Shown here: one piece after another, positions 8,557 through 16,504 of the stretch | Numbering within the stretch: the first letter of the stretch is position 1 | Layout of the letters: every line of letters starts with the position of its first letter | Program-made: the position numbers and the translations under genes | DNA from: Burkholderiales bacterium | Lineage (GTDB): Bacteria > Pseudomonadota > Gammaproteobacteria > Burkholderiales > Eutrophovitaceae | Assembly: GCA_035512195.1 (NCBI GenBank) | Contig: DATKEK010000065.1 | Span: forward strand, 1 to 47,027 | DNA length: 47,027 nt | Reading direction: 5' to 3' | Notes under the pieces: generated by a model | Told to the model about the DNA's origin: nothing | What the model saw: the letters and a program-made list of their open reading frames with translations, nothing else | The model's database searches: none

Positions 8557-9522
8557 ATGAGCACGAGACGCCAGCTCCTGATCGACTGGATGGAGCAGGG
8601 CCTGATCGCGCCGGAGAAGCTGCACGCGGCGCTCGCGGTTGCGGGCGTCTTTCCTTCCGATGCGGGCTGGCGGCGCTTCCTCGACCGGCTGCTGCTGTGG
8701 CTGGGCGCGCTGATGATCGCGGCCGGCGCGATCTTCTTCTTTGCCTATAACTGGGACGATCTGGGCCGGTTCGCCAAGTTTGCGTTGGCGCAGGCGCTGG
8801 TGATGGCGGCGCTGGCGGCGATCTGGCGCACGGGCATCGAGCATGTCGCGGGCAAAGTGGCGCTGCTCGCGGCGGCGCTGTTCGTCGGCGCGCTGCTGGC
8901 GCTGGTCGGGCAGACGTATCAGACCGGCGCGGATACCTGGGAGCTGTTCGCCGTATGGGCGGCGCTGATCCTGCCGTGGGCGGTGCTCGGGCGGCTCGCC
9001 GCGTTGTGGCTGCTGTGGCTGGGGATCGTCAATCTCGCGATCGTTTTCTACTTTTCCACGTTCGGCATCCTGTTCGGACTGGTGTTCGGCACCGAGCGGC
9101 TGCTGTGGCTGCTGTTCGGCGTGAACACGGCGGCGCTCGCGGTGTGGGAGCTGCTCGCGCTGCGTTTTGCACAGGAACGCTGGCCGATGCGGGTGCTTGC
9201 GGTGGTGAGCGGCGGGCTGGTGACGGTGCTGGCGATTTTCTCGATCCTCGAGTGGCAGTCCAGGAGCAATCTCGGGCTGATCGCGTGGTTCGGGTATTTC
9301 GCCGCGGTGTACGCGGTGTACCGGCGCTACCTGCGAGACATATTCATGCTCGCCGGCGGCGTGCTGTCGACGATTGTGGTGATCGCGACCTGGTTTGGCG
9401 ATCTGATGTTCGATACGGTCCAGGCAGAACCCGTGTTTCTCCTTCTTGCGCTGATCATAATCGGCCTGTCGGCCGCCGGCGGCGCGTGGCTGCGGCGGGT
9501 TGCGGCGGAGTCGGAAGCGTGA
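8557..9522 (+). CDS. DUF2157-type polytopic membrane protein
   Basis: 321 aa. Soluble N-terminal about 40 aa (LIDWMEQGLI..EKL), then about 9 hydrophobic helices (FFFAYNWDDLGRFAKF...). The pattern matches my memory of DUF2157. The stop overlaps the next gene's start (GTGA). Confidence 0.75.
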   Translation: MSTRRQLLIDWMEQGLIAPEKLHAALAVAGVFPSDAGWRRFLDRLLLWLGALMIAAGAIFFFAYNWDDLGRFAKFALAQALVMAALAAIWRTGIEHVAGKVALLAAALFVGALLALVGQTYQTGADTWELFAVWAALILPWAVLGRLAALWLLWLGIVNLAIVFYFSTFGILFGLVFGTERLLWLLFGVNTAALAVWELLALRFAQERWPMRVLAVVSGGLVTVLAIFSILEWQSRSNLGLIAWFGYFAAVYAVYRRYLRDIFMLAGGVLSTIVVIATWFGDLMFDTVQAEPVFLLLALIIIGLSAAGGAWLRRVAAESEA

Positions 9523-10610
9523 ACGGCGCGGACGCAAACGCAGTGTGGGGGCGGCTGCGGCGGGCCGGACTCGTAGAGGGCGACGCGCCGGACAAGGCAG
9601 AAACGCACACGCCCTGGTACATCCGTACGATGCTCGGCGTCGCGGGCTGGATCGGCGCCATGTTCTTGCTGGGGTTCTTCCTCGGCGCGTTCAGTCTGGT
9701 GGCGAACTCCCCGATCGTGGCGCTGATCCTCGGCGGCGCGCTGGTCACGGCCGCGGCCTTGGTGTTCCGCACCTGGCCGGCCGGGGACTTCGCCGGTCAG
9801 TTCGGGCTCGCGGTGAGCATCGCCGGGCAGTCGCTCGTCGTCATGGGCCTCGGCCAGCTTATTCCGCTGAGCGACGCGCTGGTCGCGCTGGTCTTCGCGG
9901 TGGTGCAGGCGGGGCTGTTCGTTCTCATCCCGAATTTCCTGCACCGCGTACTTGTTTCGGCGTCGGCCACCGCGGCGGGTGTTTACGCGCTCGGCATCTG
10001 GGGCTTCCTTCCGTACACGCAGCCGCTGGTATTTGCGGCGTTCGCATGGGTATGGGTGCACGAATTCAGTTATCCCCGCCACGGCGCGCAGCTGCGCGCG
10101 CTGGGGTACGGCCTGACTCTGCTGGTGATCTACGGGCTTGTGGTTTACACCGCAACGGGCGCGTGGCGCGCAATGGGAATCGGCGGGGCTATCGCCAACC
10201 CGGTCGGCGGCGCGATCGCCTTCTGGATCAGCAATGCGCTCACCGGCGCGGTGATGATCTGGCTTGTGTGGAAGCTACTCGCACGTCAGGGCGTTGCGGT
10301 GGCCGAAGGCGCCGGCCTCGCCGCGCTCGGCGGTGCCGTACTTGCTGCGCTGATCGCGCTCAAGGCGCCGGGCCTCGCCATCACGGTGGCAATCCTGCTG
10401 CTCGGTTTTGCCAACGGCAACCGGGTGCTGTTCGGGCTGGGTGTGCTGTCGCTGCCCGCATACTGGTCGTATTACTACTACTCGCTGGAGATTACGCTGC
10501 TGCAGAAATCCGCGCTGCTGGCGTGCGCAGGCATCGCGCTAATCGGTGCGCGCATGGCAGTGATCCGCCGCTGGCCGGCTGCCGCGGGCCGGGAAGAGCG
10601 CGATGCGTAA
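9519..10610 (+). CDS. DUF4401-type polytopic membrane protein
   Basis: GTG 9519 overlaps the upstream stop by 4 nt. N-terminal WGRLRRAGLVEGDAP...TPWYIRTMLGVAGWIGAMFL, followed by about 10 helices. The longer 551-aa track ORF (8955..) is an out-of-frame run through the upstream gene. Confidence 0.75.
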   Translation: MNGADANAVWGRLRRAGLVEGDAPDKAETHTPWYIRTMLGVAGWIGAMFLLGFFLGAFSLVANSPIVALILGGALVTAAALVFRTWPAGDFAGQFGLAVSIAGQSLVVMGLGQLIPLSDALVALVFAVVQAGLFVLIPNFLHRVLVSASATAAGVYALGIWGFLPYTQPLVFAAFAWVWVHEFSYPRHGAQLRALGYGLTLLVIYGLVVYTATGAWRAMGIGGAIANPVGGAIAFWISNALTGAVMIWLVWKLLARQGVAVAEGAGLAALGGAVLAALIALKAPGLAITVAILLLGFANGNRVLFGLGVLSLPAYWSYYYYSLEITLLQKSALLACAGIALIGARMAVIRRWPAAAGREERDA

Positions 10611-11094
10611 AGCCATCGTCATCCTCGTCGGCCTGGCGATCCTGGTGCTGGTCAATCACTCGATCTACACGCGAGAGAAGCTGCTGACCGACGGCGATGT
10701 GGTGGTGCTTCGGCTGGCGCCGGTGGATCCGCGTTCGCTGATGCAGGGCGACTACATGGCGTTGCGTTTCCAGATCGAAGGCGACGTGGGCGCGCGCGTG
10801 CGCGACGAATCTCCGCACAATGGTCATGTCGTGCTCGCGCTCGACGAGCGCGGCGTCGGCGCCTTTGCGCGCATCGACGACGGCACGCCGCTCGCAGCGA
10901 ACGAAGTGCGCATGCGCTACCGCCTGCGCGAGAAGCGGATCAAGTTCGCAACCAATGCGTTCTTTTTTCAGGAAGGCCACGCGCGGCTCTACGAAAACGC
11001 ACGCTTCGGAGAATTCCGCGTCGGCAGAGACGGCGAATCGATCCTGACCGGCATGCGCGACGGCGAGCTCGCGCTGCTCGGGCCGGGAAAGTGA
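10603..11094 (+). CDS. GDYXXLXY domain protein with N-terminal membrane anchor
   Basis: 163 aa. N-terminal hydrophobic anchor IVILVGLAILVLV. Literal motif GDYMALRF (GDYxxLxF/Y). The ATG overlaps the upstream gene by 8 nt. Confidence 0.8.
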   Translation: MRKAIVILVGLAILVLVNHSIYTREKLLTDGDVVVLRLAPVDPRSLMQGDYMALRFQIEGDVGARVRDESPHNGHVVLALDERGVGAFARIDDGTPLAANEVRMRYRLREKRIKFATNAFFFQEGHARLYENARFGEFRVGRDGESILTGMRDGELALLGPGK

Positions 11095-11107
11095 GGGCGG
11101 CTTCGCT

Positions 11108-11150
11108 TCTCCCCAACCATCCCACCGCGTGAGGGGGAGGGCTGGGGAGA
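11108..11150. repeat. GC-rich imperfect palindromic intergenic element (REP-like)
   Basis: TCTCCCCA (11108-11115) pairs with TGGGGAGA (11143-11150), with C-rich and G-rich inner arms. Followed by GGCCGGGCTTTTTT. Located between convergent genes. Confidence 0.4.
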
Positions 11151-11185
11151 GGGCGGGAGTGGCGCGGTAGAAGGGCCGGGCTTTT

Positions 11186-12814
11186 TTACCCGAGCACGAA
11201 CCCCTCGTAGTTCTTCGCCGCGACGTTGGTGCAGATCTTCCGGTAGTGCGCCATGCCGCCGGCGTAGGGCATAAACATGCGCGGCTTGCCGGGGATGTTG
11301 GCGCCGAGATACCAGGAGTGTTTCGCCTGCGGCAGCACGGTTCTGTCGGCGGCGGCATTCGTTTCCGCACCCCAGCGCACCATCGCTTCTTCCGTAGGCT
11401 CGATACGCGTCAGGCCGTGCTTGCGCATGTGGTCGATGCAGTCGGTGATCCACTCGACGTGCTGCTCGATTGCGACCGGCATGTTGCACAGTACCGACGG
11501 GCTGCCCGGGCCGGTGACGGTGAACAGGTTCGGAAAGCCGGCGACCTGCAGGCCGAGATAGTTCTTCGGTCCCGCTTCCCAGGCTTTCTTCAGCGGCAGG
11601 CCGTCGCGGCCGCGGATGTCCATGCGCAGCAGCGTGCCGGTCATGGCGTCGAAGCCAGTGGCGAAGACGATGATGTCCAGCGGATACTCGGCAGTGCGCG
11701 TGCGGATGCCGCGCGGCGTGATTTCCTCGATCGGATCGGCACGCACGTCGACCAGCGCGACGTTGTCGCGATTGAAGGTCTCGAAATAATCGGTGTCGAT
11801 TGGCGGGCGCTTTGCCGCGTACGGGTGATCGATGTTGGCGAGCTTCTCGGCAGTCTCGGGATCTTTCACGATCTGCTGGATCTTGTTCTTCAGGAACTCC
11901 GACGCGGTTTCGTTCGCCGCGTTGTCCGTCACCAAGTCGCGGAAGGTGGCGCGAAAGCGCAGGCCGCCCATCTCCCAGGCCTTCTCGTAAAGCTTCTGCC
12001 GCTCTTTGGGCGAAACTTCCAGCGCGGAAGTTTCGGATATCTCGAACGGATGGCCGTTTACCGTCGCATGCATGACGCGCCGGATCTCGGCGGTGTTCTC
12101 CCTGATGAACTGCTTGAACTCCGCAGTCAGCGGCCCGTTGCGCGCCGGCACGCTGTAGTTCGCGGTGCGCTGAAACACGGTGAGGTGCGCTGCGGTCTCG
12201 GCGATCACCGGCGCGGACTGGATGCCGGTGGAGCCGGTGCCGATCTGCGCGACGCGCTTGCCGGTGAAATCGACGCCTTCGTGCGGCCATTGCCCGGTGT
12301 GGTACCAGCGGCCCGCGAAGTTCTCGAGACCCGGAATGTCCGGGATGTTGGCCGACGACAGGCAGCCGACGGCGGCGACCAGGAATTGCGCGGTGCAGGT
12401 TTCGCCGTCCTCGGTGCGCACGCGCCAGCGGTTGGTTTGCCCGTCGTAGTGCGCCGCGGTCACGCGCGTATTGAAGCGGATGTCGCGCTTGAGATCGAAG
12501 CGGTCGGCGACATGGTTCAGGTAGCGCAGGATCTCCGGCGGGCCCGGGTAGCGTTCGGACCATTCCCACTCGCGCATGAGCTCGTCGGAGAACGAGTAGC
12601 AATAGGAATGGCTCTCCGAATCGCAGCGTGCGCCGGGATAGCGGTTCCAGAACCAGGTGCCGCCGACGCCTTCGCCCGCTTCCAGCACCTGCACCGAAAG
12701 CCCGAGCCGGTTGCGCAGGCAGTGCAATTGATAAAGTCCGGAGAAGCCCGCGCCGATGATCAACGCATCGAAATCGCGCGTTCCTGTTTTCGGTGATGTG
12801 GTCTTGTTGCTCAT
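11186..12814 (-). CDS. Baeyer-Villiger (flavin-dependent, type I) monooxygenase
   Basis: FDALIIGAGFSGL FAD motif, GVGGTWFWNRYPGARCD, BVMO fingerprint FAGRWYHTGQWP, and a second Rossmann motif VAQIGTGSTG. Start set at ATG 12814 (MSNKTT...). Confidence 0.9.
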   Translation of the reverse strand: MSNKTTSPKTGTRDFDALIIGAGFSGLYQLHCLRNRLGLSVQVLEAGEGVGGTWFWNRYPGARCDSESHSYCYSFSDELMREWEWSERYPGPPEILRYLNHVADRFDLKRDIRFNTRVTAAHYDGQTNRWRVRTEDGETCTAQFLVAAVGCLSSANIPDIPGLENFAGRWYHTGQWPHEGVDFTGKRVAQIGTGSTGIQSAPVIAETAAHLTVFQRTANYSVPARNGPLTAEFKQFIRENTAEIRRVMHATVNGHPFEISETSALEVSPKERQKLYEKAWEMGGLRFRATFRDLVTDNAANETASEFLKNKIQQIVKDPETAEKLANIDHPYAAKRPPIDTDYFETFNRDNVALVDVRADPIEEITPRGIRTRTAEYPLDIIVFATGFDAMTGTLLRMDIRGRDGLPLKKAWEAGPKNYLGLQVAGFPNLFTVTGPGSPSVLCNMPVAIEQHVEWITDCIDHMRKHGLTRIEPTEEAMVRWGAETNAAADRTVLPQAKHSWYLGANIPGKPRMFMPYAGGMAHYRKICTNVAAKNYEGFVLG

Positions 12815-13002
12815 TACGGTCAGATCTTTGGAGAGATTGTGTAGTGCCGAAGGTTCTGTTCCGCGGAATCCATGGCGAAACAGCTCGGATCGAGGTCCGA
12901 TGATAACCCGCCTGCAAGTCCAGCCGCTGCGGGAGGGGGGCGGGACTCCTCGCCGCCGCGAGAATGCCGGCATGCAGGCCACGATAAACCGAATGCCTGC
13001 GG

Positions 13003-13034
13003 TTGACTTATAAGTCAATATTACTCAGACTGAG
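13003..13034 (+). promoter_or_regulatory. Operator-like palindromes upstream of the HTH gene
   Basis: Perfect 16-bp palindrome TTGACTTATAAGTCAA (13003-13018) and an 11-bp palindrome CTCAGACTGAG (13024-13034). Both lie in an AT-rich patch directly upstream of ATG 13039. The TTGACT half-site is also -35-like. Confidence 0.5.
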
Positions 13035-13038
13035 ATAG

Positions 13039-13572
13039 ATGAATAGGTCAACTCCATCCTTGGTGGAAGTGGTCGAGACCCTGACGATGGCGGCGCGGCG
13101 GCGCGGGCTGAACGACGCGCAGTGGGCGGAGGCGGCCGGTGTGCGCAAGGAGACTCTGTCGCGATTGCGCCGTCGCGCAAGCTGTGACTTTGCGACGCTC
13201 GAGGCGCTTGCTTCGGTGGTCGGGTTGCGGCTTGCCGTAGTCGCGCCGGAAAGCGTCGCGCTGAGCGTCGACGATCATTTCCCGCGCAAGCTGGATCGCG
13301 CTTACGAAGAACGCCTGCTCGCACTTTGCGCGTCGGGCGATCTCGAGGCGGGTACATGGCGTGCGCTAGGTCCCGCGTTCTTCGTGGCCGGCGTTGCGGT
13401 GATGCTCGCTAGCGTAAGCGGTTTCGACCGCCGCGCGCTGCTTGGTCTGGCAGAGGCGCTGCATCCGGGAAGTTCGCATCCGGACGTGTTCGGCCTATGG
13501 CTTTCGCGCAGTCCGCTGCGGCCGTCGCGCTTCCTCCCGATGCTGCTTGTGCGGACGCGGCGTGCTGCCTGA
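13039..13572 (+). CDS. XRE-type HTH protein with uncharacterised C-terminal domain (putative antitoxin/regulator)
   Basis: The HTH signature GLNDAQWAEAAGVRKETLSRLRRR....FATLEALASVVGLRL matches the XRE helix-turn-helix pattern. About 100 aa of unassigned C-terminal sequence. An alternative start is ATG 13087. Confidence 0.65.
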   Translation: MNRSTPSLVEVVETLTMAARRRGLNDAQWAEAAGVRKETLSRLRRRASCDFATLEALASVVGLRLAVVAPESVALSVDDHFPRKLDRAYEERLLALCASGDLEAGTWRALGPAFFVAGVAVMLASVSGFDRRALLGLAEALHPGSSHPDVFGLWLSRSPLRPSRFLPMLLVRTRRAA

Positions 13573-14167
13573 TCCGGACGCGCGGCCGGAATATATCGCG
13601 GCCTTTCGCGAGATCGTCTCGCGCATCGAGCGCGCATTCTCAGGCTCTTCCAGGCAAGTCCAGCCGCTGAGAATGTATGTCGCGGGCGGCGCCGCGATGC
13701 ATCTGTATACAGGCGAGCGGGTGTCGGAGGATGTCGACGCTATGTTCTCGCGCCGCGTGGCGTTGCCAGAAGATCTCGAGGTTGCCTATCGCGACGCGGA
13801 TGGTGCGGCTCGGCTTCTCTACTTCGACCGGCAGTACAACGACACGCTTGGCCTGCTGCACGAATCTGCGCACGACGATTCGATTCCGCTTCAGCTCGCG
13901 GGCAACGATCCGAAGGTGCTGGAGGTGCGCTTGCTTGCCCCCGTCGATCTCGCCGTAAGCAAGGTCGGCCGGCTGTCGGATCAGGATCGAGACGACATCG
14001 CGTTGCTTGCCCGGCGCGGACTTGTATCGGCGAAGGCGCTGCGGGCCCGTGCCGAAGCGGCGGCAGGCGCATATGTCGGAGACCTGACGCGTCTGCGCAA
14101 TTCGATTGCAATCGCCTGCAGGATCGTGGAGGACGCCGAGCGACGCCGAACGAAGCGGCCGCGATAG
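13562..14167 (+). CDS. Minimal nucleotidyltransferase-fold protein (AbiEii/MNT/DUF6036-like), putative toxin
   Basis: Pol-beta-type NTase motif VAGGAAMHLYTGERVSEDVDAMF (GG-x13-DxD) and a downstream acidic residue in LAPVDLAVSK. No ATG before the motif. The candidate starts, GTG 13562 or TTG 13547, both overlap the upstream gene's end. Confidence 0.6.
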   Translation: MLPDPDARPEYIAAFREIVSRIERAFSGSSRQVQPLRMYVAGGAAMHLYTGERVSEDVDAMFSRRVALPEDLEVAYRDADGAARLLYFDRQYNDTLGLLHESAHDDSIPLQLAGNDPKVLEVRLLAPVDLAVSKVGRLSDQDRDDIALLARRGLVSAKALRARAEAAAGAYVGDLTRLRNSIAIACRIVEDAERRRTKRPR

Positions 14168-14179
14168 GGGGGGCGGGTC

Positions 14180-15913
14180 TCAAGCCGGCGCAAGCACCCG
14201 CACGCCGTCGCCGTTCTCCTTCAGCTCCAGACTGCGGGTGTGGAAACCGGCGAGCGACGGGCGGTGGCCGATGCTGATCAGGGTGGTGTCGGGCAGGCGC
14301 TGTTTGATCAGCCCGTAGAGCACGGCTTCGGAGGATTCGTCGAGCGCTGAGGTGGCTTCATCCATGAACAGCCAGCCGGGCTTGTGCAGCAGCGCGCGCG
14401 CGAAAGCGATGCGCTGCTGTTCGCCGGGCGAGAGTTGCTGCGCCCAGTGCTGCGCGTCGTCCAGGCGGCCGACGAGTTCCGGCAAGCCGCAGGCGCGCAA
14501 TACGTCGACGATCCGCTCGTCGGTGAAGTCGGCATTGGAATGCGGATAGCTCACGACCTGGCGCAGGGTGCCGATCGGCAAATACGGGCGCTGCGGCAGG
14601 AACAGCACGCGGAAGTCCTTCGGCAAGCGGATGCGTCCGCCGCCGAACGGCCAGATGCCGGCGATCGCGCGGAACAGCGTGCTCTTGCCGGCGCCCGACG
14701 GGCCGCGGATCAGCAGGCTTTCGCCGGACTTGATCATGGCACTGGGCGCGGTGAGCAGGCCTTTGCCGTTGGGCAGGTCGATCTGCATGTCCTCGATCAC
14801 CAGGTCGTCGGTCTTCTCGTCAGCGGACAGCTGCACGCCTGCGGACCGCTGCGACTGCGCGCGCGCGTCTTCGATCGCATAATGGAATCCGAGCAGGCGG
14901 TCGGAAGTTGCCTTCCATGACGCGAACATGTTGTACGCGCCGATGAACCAGGAAAGCGCGCCCTGCACCTGACCGAAGGCGTTGGAAATCTGGATCAGCC
15001 CGCCGAGCTGGATCGCGCCGGAGAAGTAGCGCGGCGATGCGACCAGGAACGGGAAGATCACCGCGGCCTGGCTGTAGCCGGCGGTGAACCACATGAGCAT
15101 TTTCTGGCGCTTCATGATGCGCCACCAGTTGTCGATCACGTTGACGAAGCGCCCGTCGAAGTTCCTCTTCTCGTCCTGCTCGCCGCGGTAGAGCGCAACG
15201 CCCTCGGCGTTCTCGCGGAAGCGCACCAGTCCGAAGCGGAAGTCCGCCTCGAAGCGCTGCTGGTTGAAGTTGAGCCTGATCAGCGGTCTGCCGATCTTGT
15301 GCGTGAGCCAGGTGCCGACGATCGCGTAGATCAGTGCGACCCACACCATGTAGCCGGGGATGACGATCTCGCCGCCGTTGTACGGGATCGCCAGCGGCCC
15401 GGACAGCGTCCACAGGATGCCCGCGAAAGACACCAGCGTGACCACGGCGTTGAGCAGACCGAGACTGAGCGACAGCGTTTCTTCGACGAACAGGCGGAGA
15501 TCCTCCGCGATGCGCTGATCCGGGTTGTCCGCCGGGTTGCCGATGAGCTGCATGCGGTAGTAGGTACGCTCGGCGAGCCAGCGGTTGAGGTACTTGTCGG
15601 TGAGCCAGCGCCGCCAGCGGATCTGCAGCATCTGGTTGAGATAGATCGAGTACACCGCCATTACGATATAGATTGTCGCCAGCAGCGCGAAACGCAGCAT
15701 CTGGTGGAAGAATTCGTGCTTGTCTTTTTCCTGCAGCGAGTTGTAGAACAGGTTGTACCACTGGTTGAACTGCACGCTCATGTACACCATGGCGAGCGTG
15801 AGTACGATCACCGTGCCGAGCAGCAGCCAGGCCATGAACTTCTCTTCGGACTGCCAGTAAGGTTTGATCAGCGACCAGGCGTCGCGCCAGAAACGCGGCT
15901 GTGCGGTAGGCAT
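14180..15913 (-). CDS. Fused ABC transporter permease/ATP-binding protein (YddA/SbmA-like TMD, ABC_membrane_2 type)
   Basis: 577 aa. N-terminal FWRDAWSLIKPYWQSEEK...QFNQWYNLFYNSLQ is typical of this TMD family. C-terminal Walker A GPSGAGKST, signature LSPGEQQR and Walker B WLFMDEATSALD. Confidence 0.9.
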   Translation of the reverse strand: MPTAQPRFWRDAWSLIKPYWQSEEKFMAWLLLGTVIVLTLAMVYMSVQFNQWYNLFYNSLQEKDKHEFFHQMLRFALLATIYIVMAVYSIYLNQMLQIRWRRWLTDKYLNRWLAERTYYRMQLIGNPADNPDQRIAEDLRLFVEETLSLSLGLLNAVVTLVSFAGILWTLSGPLAIPYNGGEIVIPGYMVWVALIYAIVGTWLTHKIGRPLIRLNFNQQRFEADFRFGLVRFRENAEGVALYRGEQDEKRNFDGRFVNVIDNWWRIMKRQKMLMWFTAGYSQAAVIFPFLVASPRYFSGAIQLGGLIQISNAFGQVQGALSWFIGAYNMFASWKATSDRLLGFHYAIEDARAQSQRSAGVQLSADEKTDDLVIEDMQIDLPNGKGLLTAPSAMIKSGESLLIRGPSGAGKSTLFRAIAGIWPFGGGRIRLPKDFRVLFLPQRPYLPIGTLRQVVSYPHSNADFTDERIVDVLRACGLPELVGRLDDAQHWAQQLSPGEQQRIAFARALLHKPGWLFMDEATSALDESSEAVLYGLIKQRLPDTTLISIGHRPSLAGFHTRSLELKENGDGVRVLAPA

Positions 15914-15940
15914 CTTGGGTTCCTTATTGCAGCGAGGAGA

Positions 15941-16420
15941 TCAGGAATTGCGGATCTGGGAGATGAGTGCGGTGGTGGAGCGTTCGAACTGGAACGGAAT
16001 CGAATGCACGCTTCCGCCCCAACCCTGCACTTCCTTCGCACCAACGATTTTTTCCACCGGCCAGTCGCCGCCCTTGACCAGCACGTCGGGACGGCAGGCG
16101 AGGATGAGTTCGAGGGGCGTGTCGGCGTCGAACCAGGTGACGAGGCTCACGCACTCGAGTGCGGCAGCCACGTTCAGGCGGTCCTCGAGTTGATTGATCG
16201 GCCGGTCCGGGCCTTTGCCGAGCCGGCGTACCGAATCGTCTGAATTCAGAGCGAGCAGCAGGGTGGCGCCGAGCGCGCGCGATTGCGCGAGGTAGGTGAC
16301 ATGCCCGCGGTGTAGCACGTCGAATACGCCGTTGGTGAAAACCAGCGGCCGCGCCAGGTTTTGTAGCCGGCGCGGCAGGTCGTCAGGCGTGCAGATTTTC
16401 TGTTCTAAGGATAATGACAT
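15941..16420 (-). CDS. rfaE2: D-glycero-beta-D-manno-heptose 1-phosphate adenylyltransferase (stand-alone RfaE/HldE domain II)
   Basis: Cytidylyltransferase motif FTNGVFDVLHRGHVTYL, then GDW and a C-terminal STTALI motif. Start set at ATG 16420 (MSLSLEQK). Confidence 0.85.
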   Translation of the reverse strand: MSLSLEQKICTPDDLPRRLQNLARPLVFTNGVFDVLHRGHVTYLAQSRALGATLLLALNSDDSVRRLGKGPDRPINQLEDRLNVAAALECVSLVTWFDADTPLELILACRPDVLVKGGDWPVEKIVGAKEVQGWGGSVHSIPFQFERSTTALISQIRNS

Positions 16421-16504
16421 GGCGGCCTGCTTTCGCGAAGCCGCCATCATACCGCTGCGCAAAGCGGCCGAGACGCGAGCGCGTTCCGGCCTTTTTTCCG
16501 GTAG

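Noticed and set aside
8206-9537. 443-aa minus-strand ORF covering the DUF2157 gene region
   Set aside because: The translation is an extremely R/Q/H/P-rich low-complexity sequence, antisense to a well-formed polytopic membrane protein. Only its 3' tail (8206..8505) lies in non-coding DNA, and that tail is discussed as a weak candidate in the findings.
10989-12917. 642-aa minus-strand ORF and 516-aa plus-strand ORF (11246..12796) overlapping the monooxygenase gene
   Set aside because: They are an alternate frame and the antisense of the BVMO gene. The BVMO frame has FAD/NADPH Rossmann motifs and the BVMO fingerprint, and these translations have none.
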